Shown here: piece after piece, positions 57,038-64,000 of the stretch
Position numbering within the stretch: position 1 is the first letter of the stretch
Layout of the letters: each line of letters opens with the position of its first letter
Source of the DNA: Armatimonadetes bacterium DC
Lineage (GTDB): Bacteria; Armatimonadota; Fimbriimonadia; Fimbriimonadales; GBS-DC
Length of the DNA: 64,000 bases
Reading direction: 5' to 3'
Assembly: GCA_001442985.1 (NCBI GenBank)
Contig: LDYB01000020.1
Location: forward strand, 225,698-289,697
Notes under the pieces: model-generated
The model's database searches: none
Seen by the model: only the letters and a program-made list of their open reading frames with translations
What the model was told of the DNA's origin: nothing
Position numbers and translations under genes: made by a program

Positions 57038-57814
57038 TTATGTAACCCCACGCTCCAGACTCAGCCACAGGCGGATTGCCATCGCCAGCCCACCAATCCC
57101 GACGCCGAACTCAATCGCACGCTGGACAGGGGCGTTCAACGAGGTGAGAATCCAGTTCGCCACGCCGGGCAAATACGGGCTGATAGTGGCTCCCAGCGGC
57201 ACCACGCCAATCATCACCACAATCGCAGTGAACATCAGAATCCCCGCTTCTACCGAGCGGATACGGAAAGCACGGTAGGCGGCGGAGAAGATATAGAACG
57301 CAATCAGCGAGAACATCGCCGCGTCTAACTGTACCAGCGTATAGTCAAACAAAAGCTTGAAGCCTTGCTCAAGCAGAGGGGTTTTCTCCACCAGCCCCTG
57401 CTCCGAGAGCGTGTTGGCGATGCTGAAAGTCGCCATCACCACGAACGAAATCAGCAGCACCAGGCTGTATCCCCACTGGGTGCGTCGTTGAACCACATTT
57501 CGCAGGTGGAGCCGCACTAACCCGTAGGTTCCCAGCCCCAGCGCCAGCGCGGTGATGACCTGCACGGCTTGCTGGGCAGGTTGAATGGCATCGGTTAAAA
57601 AGTTCTTTTGTTCTTTATTAATAGGCAGGAAAAACTCGGTCGCAAAGAAGAGACCAGTGATAAAGGTAATGATAACGATAATCGCACGCCGACCGCGGGG
57701 AGGTAAGGCATGCAACAGGGGCACTAACCCCATAATCATAATGAAAGCGCCCAGCACAATCATCCAGAGGATGAGTTGTCCTGTGGGTGTGTTTGGGTTC
57801 TGAATTTGCCACAT
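57038..57814 (-). CDS. Integral membrane protein, hypothetical (operon gene 4)
   Basis: About seven TM helices. Start overlaps the upstream stop (TAATG). SD GGAGGAGG. Confidence 0.55.
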   Translation of the reverse strand: MWQIQNPNTPTGQLILWMIVLGAFIMIMGLVPLLHALPPRGRRAIIVIITFITGLFFATEFFLPINKEQKNFLTDAIQPAQQAVQVITALALGLGTYGLVRLHLRNVVQRRTQWGYSLVLLISFVVMATFSIANTLSEQGLVEKTPLLEQGFKLLFDYTLVQLDAAMFSLIAFYIFSAAYRAFRIRSVEAGILMFTAIVVMIGVVPLGATISPYLPGVANWILTSLNAPVQRAIEFGVGIGGLAMAIRLWLSLERGVT

Positions 57815-58656
57815 TATTGACCTCCTCCGAAAAAGGCGTCCCAGCCGCCCGGTTGCCCCAGCAGCTTCACGACAGGCGCGTCCGCGCCGAAAATCGAGGT
57901 GAGGACGGCGCCTGTGATGGCGATCAGCACAAACAGCAGTTTGGCGATATCCTGTCCCACGAGGCTACCCAGCAGCACTGGCTCGCGGCTGAGGTAGGCA
58001 CTGGTGGCGTAAAACTCATCTCCGATAATGGTGTAATCGCACGCCGCCACGAAGAAGGGCACCTGCGTGAAGCTGATAGTGCCCGCCACCTGAATCGCGC
58101 CTACGATATTGCCTGTCTCGGCAAAGATAAGCGATTCGGCAAAGAATTCGCCGAACATGAAGTTCGCCGCGACGCGCTCACGCTGAATCAGCCCTGCCAC
58201 ACCCGAGGCAAAGGCGAACTGGCGGTCCGAAAGGAACCGGATCGCGTCGGGGTCGTACAGGTCGGGGCGCCCTGCCTCGTTGTAAGCGTCTTGAATCGCT
58301 TCCTGAGCCACCGCGTACACCGTTGCGTCGCCTGTCAGAAGGCGCATCGGAGTCGCAAAGCGGGCTATCTGTTTGGTGATATATTTGAAGATGGTGAGCG
58401 CCTGCACCGCCACGACACCGAAAGCGGTCATTCCGGGAATCATCGTGACGGGGCGTCCCATCTCGGTGGAGCGTCCAATCGCTTCATCGATGGCGTCCAG
58501 TCCGGGGATGCGCCGAATATATAGCGACGCCCCCGAACGGGTGATAGCGATACTCACCAGTACGGTGGTGGCAATCACTGCAATCAAGATTGCGGCGAAC
58601 CAGTTGTCCGCCGCGTGCTGATACTGTGCCAGTCCACTAAGCCACAGGGTTTCCAT
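57814..58656 (-). CDS. Integral membrane protein, hypothetical (operon gene 3)
   Basis: Multiple TM helices. No recognisable motif. Confidence 0.55.
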   Translation of the reverse strand: METLWLSGLAQYQHAADNWFAAILIAVIATTVLVSIAITRSGASLYIRRIPGLDAIDEAIGRSTEMGRPVTMIPGMTAFGVVAVQALTIFKYITKQIARFATPMRLLTGDATVYAVAQEAIQDAYNEAGRPDLYDPDAIRFLSDRQFAFASGVAGLIQRERVAANFMFGEFFAESLIFAETGNIVGAIQVAGTISFTQVPFFVAACDYTIIGDEFYATSAYLSREPVLLGSLVGQDIAKLLFVLIAITGAVLTSIFGADAPVVKLLGQPGGWDAFFGGGQ

Positions 58657-58671
58657 AGACGGCTATTCTCC

Positions 58672-58986
58672 TTAAGGTGTTGAGCGGTGTCGAGCGTGGC
58701 GCTGTGCTTCTTCCAGTTCTTCGATCCGCTCGATGAGCCGATCCCAGTTTTCACGCTCGCTCATCAGTTGCGAATAGAGGTCAATCTTATCGAAGCCGAA
58801 GAAGGGCGCCAGAAAGGGGGCAAATGCCACAGTTGCCTGCGAGCCAATAAACGCCAGCGGGCGATGCAGGGTCAGCATAAAGACAGCCGGCGCTGCCAGC
58901 CCACGCTTGACTATCTGCTGTGCCAGCGCGTCAATCAGCTCCGCTTTCTGCTCCTCGCTCAAGGGTTCCTTCCAGAATTCACGCAT
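58672..58986 (-). CDS. Small hypothetical protein (104 aa; operon gene 2)
   Basis: ORF with a central hydrophobic segment and an acidic C-terminus. Confidence 0.45.
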   Translation of the reverse strand: MREFWKEPLSEEQKAELIDALAQQIVKRGLAAPAVFMLTLHRPLAFIGSQATVAFAPFLAPFFGFDKIDLYSQLMSERENWDRLIERIEELEEAQRHARHRSTP

Positions 58987-59452
58987 AACGGCTCACCTCG
59001 CCGCGTTTGCGCTTTTTTCGGGCGGATTTGCTCTGGCTCTCCGCGGCGCGACAATAGGCGCGCACCAGCTGCTCAATCTGCTCGCGCTGGTCGCCATACC
59101 ATAGAAAGATACCCCGATAGGCGTCCAGACGGCTGGGATGCGCCAGCGGGCTGAGCAGCACGCCCTGCTCGCCCCACACGACGCGCTTGACCTGCTCCCA
59201 GCGCATCACGCGCGGCGCCAGACCGCGCTGGCGAACCCCCTGCGCGTCTGCCTCGTAACGAATGGGCAGCAGGTAGTCTGCCGTCGCCGAAAACAGCATC
59301 CAGAACGCCACCAGCCCGAAGAGCCAGTGCCCCATGAGCATCCCGCCCAGCAGCGGCGCTCCCAATAAAACCAGCACCACTACAGGCAGGCGCTCCGGCA
59401 TCTGCCGTGCCAGATGAACCGTCCAGCGATACGCCAGTTGCTCGTCCGTCAT
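58979..59452 (-). CDS. Membrane protein with bPH_2 (YdbS/YdbT-like PH) domain (operon gene 1)
   Basis: Two TM helices followed by a PH-like beta-rich segment. Start set to ATG 59452 (MTDEQL); the track's earlier start is less likely. Confidence 0.45.
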   Translation of the reverse strand: MTDEQLAYRWTVHLARQMPERLPVVVLVLLGAPLLGGMLMGHWLFGLVAFWMLFSATADYLLPIRYEADAQGVRQRGLAPRVMRWEQVKRVVWGEQGVLLSPLAHPSRLDAYRGIFLWYGDQREQIEQLVRAYCRAAESQSKSARKKRKRGEVSRYA

Positions 59453-59554
59453 GCGTCGCCCCTGTAGATTCGTGCCTGCTCCCTGTATTCCTGCTACTTT
59501 CCCGCAAAACCGCCCCATGAGGTACAATTCGCCTCACGGAGGACACTCTCAACG

Positions 59555-60649
59555 ATGTTGGAAACGCCTATCCGAACCGAGCGTGCCCGCTTCGAAGCGA
59601 TTGCCGAGAAAGTGCTTGCTGGCGAACGCCTCTCATTTGAGGACGGACTCGCGCTCTTTCACCATCCCAACCTCCCCGAACTGGGCGCGCTGGCACATCT
59701 GGTGCGCATGCGCAAAAACCCCCAGCCCTATGTAACCTATGTGATTGGGCGCATCATCAACTATACCAATGTCTGCTGGGTGCGCTGTAAGTTTTGCGCC
59801 TTCTATCGCCCGCCGGGCAACCCTGAGGGCTATTTGCTTTCGGATGAGGAGATTCTGCAGAAAATTGACGAGCTGGTGCAACAGGGCGGCACGGAGGCGC
59901 TCATTCAGGGCGGTTTAAACCCCAAGCTGAAGATAGACTATTTCGAGAACCTGTTCCGCCTCATCAAAAAGCACTATCCGCAGGTGATTATTCACGGCTT
60001 GTCGCCTGCAGAGATTTTGTATATCGCGCACATTTCGCGCCTGAGCGTGCGCGACTGTTTGATTCGCCTGCGCGAGGCGGGGCTGAACTCGGTGCCGGGC
60101 GCTGGGGGCGAAATTCTGGTAGACCGCGTGCGCCAGCAGATTGCCCGCTTCAAAGACACCACGCAGGAGTGGCTGGATTTTATGCGCACCGTGCATGAGC
60201 TGGGCATGAAAAGCACCGCCAGCATGATGTACGGGCATGTGGAGACGCTGGAAGACCGCGTGGAACATCTGATACGCCTGCGCGAGCTGCAGGATGAAAC
60301 AGGCGGCTTCACAGCATTCATCTGCTGGAACTTCCAGCCCGAAGGCACGGAGCTGGCACATCTCCCCAAAGCCACGGCGGCAGATTACCTGCGCACAGTG
60401 GCAGTCTCCCGCCTGATGCTGGATAACTTTGATCACCTGCAGGCGAGCATTCTCACGCAGGGTCCCAAGATTGCGCAGATCGCCCTGCGCTACGGCGTGG
60501 ACGACATGGGGTCCACGATGATCGAGGAGAATGTGGTTTCGGCACAGGGGTCCAAATTTATTCTGAGTGCGCGCGAAATTGAGCGCGTGATTACAGGCGC
60601 AGGCTTTATTCCGAAGCGGCGCAACACACGCTACGAGATTCTGGACTGA
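59555..60649 (+). CDS. Radical SAM enzyme of the futalosine menaquinone pathway (MqnE/MqnC family)
   Basis: CWVRCKFCAF radical-SAM cluster motif in the MqnC/E context (YVIGRIINYTNVC). GGTACAAT -10 plus SD upstream. Confidence 0.75.
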   Translation: MLETPIRTERARFEAIAEKVLAGERLSFEDGLALFHHPNLPELGALAHLVRMRKNPQPYVTYVIGRIINYTNVCWVRCKFCAFYRPPGNPEGYLLSDEEILQKIDELVQQGGTEALIQGGLNPKLKIDYFENLFRLIKKHYPQVIIHGLSPAEILYIAHISRLSVRDCLIRLREAGLNSVPGAGGEILVDRVRQQIARFKDTTQEWLDFMRTVHELGMKSTASMMYGHVETLEDRVEHLIRLRELQDETGGFTAFICWNFQPEGTELAHLPKATAADYLRTVAVSRLMLDNFDHLQASILTQGPKIAQIALRYGVDDMGSTMIEENVVSAQGSKFILSAREIERVITGAGFIPKRRNTRYEILD

Positions 60650-60650
60650 C

Positions 60651-61442
60651 TCACGGGTTCTGCTGGAACCGCTGGCGTCGCTTTTTAGCAATCCGCGCCA
60701 CCAGAAAGATGCTCAAAAAGTAAAGAAACACCATCGGGATGCCGATTGCCAGCATCGAGAAGGCGTCCCCTGAGGGCGTGATGAGCGCCGCAAGTGCCAC
60801 AATTACCAGCACGGCGTAGCGCCACGAACGCCACATATTTTCGGGTGTGGCGATGCCCACCTGTGCCAAGAACATCAACACAATCGGCATCTGGAACCCC
60901 AGCCCGAAGGCGAACATCATCTTCACCACGAACAGCACATACTGGGCGGGGTTCTGATACAGCACGGCGTTGGGGTAATCCTGAAGATAACTCAGGAAGA
61001 AGGTGAAGGCGGCGGGCAGAATGAAGTAGCCCAGCGCCACGCCCAAAAAGAAAAGAAACGCGCTGAAAGGTGCGATAAACAACACGGCGCGTCGCTCGGC
61101 GCGGGTCAAACCCGGTGCAATAAAGCCCCACACCTCGCGCATCACCAGCGGAATCGTGAGAATCAGCCCGATAATCAGGGAGAGTTTGAATTTGAGGAAA
61201 AATGGCTCGGTGGCGTGGGTGAACACGAACTGCGTGCCTTTGGGTTGGGTTTTCAGAAGCGGCTGCGCCAGAAAGTCGTACACATACGGCTCAATCGCGA
61301 ACCCGACGACCCAGCCCAGCATGATGTAAAGGAGCGCCCGGAAGATGCGCTTGCGCAGCTCTTCCAGGTGCTCCATAAAGGTTGCCTTCGGTTCCTCATC
61401 GGTGCGCTCAGGCGGTGTTTTCAATCCTGCAGGCGAAGTCAT
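60651..61442 (-). CDS. tatC: Sec-independent protein translocase TatC
   Basis: TatC signature (HLEELRKRI ... six TM helices ... FLAQVGI). About 59 kb from tatA. Confidence 0.85.
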   Translation of the reverse strand: MTSPAGLKTPPERTDEEPKATFMEHLEELRKRIFRALLYIMLGWVVGFAIEPYVYDFLAQPLLKTQPKGTQFVFTHATEPFFLKFKLSLIIGLILTIPLVMREVWGFIAPGLTRAERRAVLFIAPFSAFLFFLGVALGYFILPAAFTFFLSYLQDYPNAVLYQNPAQYVLFVVKMMFAFGLGFQMPIVLMFLAQVGIATPENMWRSWRYAVLVIVALAALITPSGDAFSMLAIGIPMVFLYFLSIFLVARIAKKRRQRFQQNP

Positions 61443-61445
61443 CGG

Positions 61446-62795
61446 TCAGAGAATTTTGTCCAGCACCATGTCCTCGTTAATCGTGAGGCGATTGATGGTG
61501 CGTTGGGGCGCCTGTCCGCCTGCCCCGAGTCCGCCGGGTGTTCCGGGGGCGCCGCCGGGCAGTCCCAGTCCGCCGCCGCGGGGACCGCGTGCGCCGCGTC
61601 CACCTATCATGCCGCCTTCGTCCTCATCGCCGCCTGCGAAGCCGCCGCGTCCGCCCATTGGGGGTGCGCCGCCTCCCATGAAGCCGCCACTGGCTCCCGG
61701 CTGCTCGCGCTGGGTCGTCTCGATTTCGATGGTGGTGCGCTGGCGCACAATCTGCCCGATATCGTAGGCAAAGTAGGTCTCGCGGCGGAACTTGATTTTG
61801 GCTTTTTCAAGCCTGATACCGCCTACATCCACATCGCTTGGCAGATTGCCGGTGAACTCGTAGACAATCTTGGCGCATTTGTAGCCGCGCTCCCACTCAA
61901 AGCGCTCCAGTCGCGCGGCTGCGGGCACCTGATCCTCCGCCACCTCCGAAATGTCGCCGGAACGGAGCGGGTTGCCCAGCACAATCGTGCCCGTCCAGCG
62001 GTCGCCTGGTTTGAGCGGCTTGGGCGGAATGATGGCGAGGTCGCCCACCCAGTAGTAAAGCACATCGTACTCCTGCTGGAGTTGCTCGCCAATCCGGGCG
62101 TTCTGATAGCGCACGCGCCCTGTCGACTCCACCTCCTGATAGACAGGGGCGAAATTCTTGCCCGTCAACACCTCATACTGCCCCGGCGCGCCGCGCACCG
62201 CAGGCGGAAACACAATCCACGAAATCAGTCCCAGATTGTTGCGCCAGTCCAGCACATTCAGGTCGCCTTTGAAGCGGAGTTCGTAGAGAGTGTTCTCTTC
62301 CGGCGTCAGCCCCGAATACTGGATCTCGGTGCTTTCCTTGACGGTGTAGGTCATGTTATAGCGGACGACTTTGCCCGGGGGCAGCCACCGGTACTGCAGT
62401 CGGATGCCGCCTGCGGGCGGTTTGATTTCGTTTGCCACAATCACCCGCACGGAGCTGCGCGCCAGCACGCGCGGGTTGCCCCCTTCCGTGCCCGAATAGA
62501 GCGTCAGCTCTATCGTGTGCTGTCCATCGGGCACATTGCGTGCTTTGGTGTTCCATTCATAAATATAGTGCCCTCGCTCGCGGTCGGAGCGCAGCGCCGC
62601 GGGCGCCACCGCCTCTACAAACTTGCCGTCGATGCTGACCCCAATAAAGCCACCCTGCGGCACGCTCCGGATGGGAAACCGCACCTGCACCGTTTCCCGC
62701 ACGCGCGCCCCATCCAGCGGGCGCACAATCGTGAACGGCGCCTGCGCCCACGCCACTCCGAAGATGAGCCATAACCCGACTATCAAGCGGTTCAT
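61446..62795 (-). CDS. Secreted hypothetical protein with Gly/Arg/Pro-rich C-terminal low-complexity tail
   Basis: Signal peptide. Beta-rich body. C-terminal GGFMGGGAPPMGGRGGFAGG ... GGRGARGPRGGGLGLPGG. -10 TACAAT plus SD GGAGGAG upstream. Confidence 0.6.
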   Translation of the reverse strand: MNRLIVGLWLIFGVAWAQAPFTIVRPLDGARVRETVQVRFPIRSVPQGGFIGVSIDGKFVEAVAPAALRSDRERGHYIYEWNTKARNVPDGQHTIELTLYSGTEGGNPRVLARSSVRVIVANEIKPPAGGIRLQYRWLPPGKVVRYNMTYTVKESTEIQYSGLTPEENTLYELRFKGDLNVLDWRNNLGLISWIVFPPAVRGAPGQYEVLTGKNFAPVYQEVESTGRVRYQNARIGEQLQQEYDVLYYWVGDLAIIPPKPLKPGDRWTGTIVLGNPLRSGDISEVAEDQVPAAARLERFEWERGYKCAKIVYEFTGNLPSDVDVGGIRLEKAKIKFRRETYFAYDIGQIVRQRTTIEIETTQREQPGASGGFMGGGAPPMGGRGGFAGGDEDEGGMIGGRGARGPRGGGLGLPGGAPGTPGGLGAGGQAPQRTINRLTINEDMVLDKIL

Positions 62796-62897
62796 CGGTT
62801 CTTCTCCTCCACAACAGGGATTGTACCCTATCTGACTCCGTTGTTCGTTCTATGGCTCGGATTTCCTGCGACTCGCAGGGTGGTGTATAATACCTCT

Positions 62898-64000
62898 ATG
62901 CGACGCATCAGCACGCTGTTTATGCTGACCTGGGTTCTGATTGCCGCCGCCCTTGCCCAGCTCACATGGGTGGGCAACACACGACTCTACATGACAGGCT
63001 ACGGACAACTCCCCTCCCGACTGGGCATGATGGAACCCTGGCAGACGCTCACTATCACCACTCAAACCGCACCGATTGCCCCCGGACAGCGCGTGGTCGC
63101 CGTCGTGACCACCGATAACTGGCGCACTGCACGAGAATACGATTTCTCGTTTGACTTCAACACGGGCGGCAACACGCAGTGGTATTGTGTGCTGGGTCCC
63201 TTCCCTGCGGGCACTTATGTGCAGTTTTACATTCGGGCGCAGGGCAGCGGCGGCGAAGTGTTATACGACAATAACGCCAGCAGCAACTATAGCGTGTGGG
63301 TGCGCTATGCGCCACCCGTAAAAGAGACGCCCATCCTGCAGTGGTTCCAGACGGACTACCGCACAATCATGCAACGGCTCCCCGAAGTGGTGACGGCAGG
63401 TTATGGCGCTCTCTATCTGCCGTCGCCTGTGAAGTCGGGAGGGGGCGGCTTCAGCACAGGCTATAACCCGTTTGACCCCTTTGATCTGGGCGACCGCCTG
63501 CAAAAAGGAACCGTGCGCACGCAATATGGCTCCACACAGGAGCTGATGGAACTGATTCAGCTGGCGCACCGCTTCGGGATTGAGGTGTATTGCGACCTGG
63601 TAACCAATCACGCTGACAACCGCGCCAGCACGCCGATTGACCGCTATCCCGCCTTCATTCCCGAAGATTTTCACATCCGCTCCACCGCCGACCCCACCAA
63701 TAATGAGGTGGATTTCAATAACGCGCCGCCTTTTGGCTTTGGCACCCTGAATTACGATGTGGTGGGGCTGGCAGATTATGCGCATGAGGACGGCAACAAC
63801 ACCCGCACGGGCGCGTTCAACCTGCCCAGCTATGCCCAGTTCAACGCCTATGGCAAGCCCACTTTCGTGCGCCACCCGAATAACCCCTATTATTACCCCA
63901 ACGGCACGCCCGTTGCGGAAGACATTCGCCAGTTGCTCAAGCGCTGGGCATGGTTTCTGACCACCGTCATCGGCTTTGACGGCTATCGAATCGATGCCGT
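62898..64000 (+). CDS. Alpha-amylase family GH13 enzyme with N-terminal starch-binding-like domain (partial; continues beyond window)
   Basis: Leaderless: TGTATAAT then 7 nt then ATG. Signal peptide. GH13 region I (VYCDLVTNH) and region II (GFDGYRIDAV). Hand-translated open to the window end. Confidence 0.8.
   Translation, partial: MRRISTLFMLTWVLIAAALAQLTWVGNTRLYMTGYGQLPSRLGMMEPWQTLTITTQTAPIAPGQRVVAVVTTDNWRTAREYDFSFDFNTGGNTQWYCVLGPFPAGTYVQFYIRAQGSGGEVLYDNNASSNYSVWVRYAPPVKETPILQWFQTDYRTIMQRLPEVVTAGYGALYLPSPVKSGGGGFSTGYNPFDPFDLGDRLQKGTVRTQYGSTQELMELIQLAHRFGIEVYCDLVTNHADNRASTPIDRYPAFIPEDFHIRSTADPTNNEVDFNNAPPFGFGTLNYDVVGLADYAHEDGNNTRTGAFNLPSYAQFNAYGKPTFVRHPNNPYYYPNGTPVAEDIRQLLKRWAWFLTTVIGFDGYRIDA

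Noticed and set aside
61215-62774. 519-aa plus-strand ORF opposite the secreted Gly-rich protein
   Set aside because: Antisense shadow ORF. The minus-strand gene has a signal peptide, an SD and a -10 box.

Overview
This 64-kb window is a high-GC (about 65% by eye) bacterial chromosomal segment, densely coding on both strands, with mostly housekeeping genes and no obvious mobile element or CRISPR array. The organism is probably thermophile-like, judging by the V-type H+-pyrophosphatase, the Taq-type M32 carboxypeptidase and several H-X9-DG/DUF1559-style pilin-like proteins. Phylum is not assignable from here.

Recognisable genes include tatA, xerC/D-like recombinase, folK, trpS, purS, purQ, trpA, hppA, a fused 2-oxoacid dehydrogenase E1 alpha/beta, ROK glucokinase, 5'-nucleotidase, acnA, pyrD, pyrK, lipB, htrA, kbl, pepP, a futalosine-pathway radical SAM enzyme, tatC, aldehyde dehydrogenase and a partial GH13 alpha-amylase. 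There are also an NfeD/flotillin pair, a PilB-like ATPase followed by an HDOD protein, an orphan GspF/PilC-like protein, several pilin-like proteins, a VapBC pair beside an adjacent tRNA-Val(CAC)/tRNA-Leu(GAG) pair, and an HNH endonuclease.

Many genes appear leaderless or nearly so: a GGGTATAAT-type extended -10 box sits 6-9 nt before the start codon.

The most unusual features:
- Two diverged copies of a ~160-nt hairpin-rich element flanked by imperfect inverted repeats, at 914..1078 and 24485..24641, both in long divergent intergenic regions. Candidate novel ncRNA family or MITE.
- A 17-nt perfect palindrome TATACCCGACGGGTATA between back-to-back divergent -10 boxes, with a second CCCGACGGG site at the purS/trpA divergent promoter.
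- A tatA - unknown 310-aa protein - PqqD-like (RRE) protein - FtsX permease - ABC ATPase cluster.
- A six-gene translationally coupled minus-strand operon of domain-less integral membrane proteins ending in pepP.
- Two tandem catalytically dead HtrA-like paralogs next to an HtrA with four PDZ domains.
- A lower-GC islet encoding a 768-aa secreted protein of unknown function.

ORF starts were re-derived where the six-frame track over-extends.
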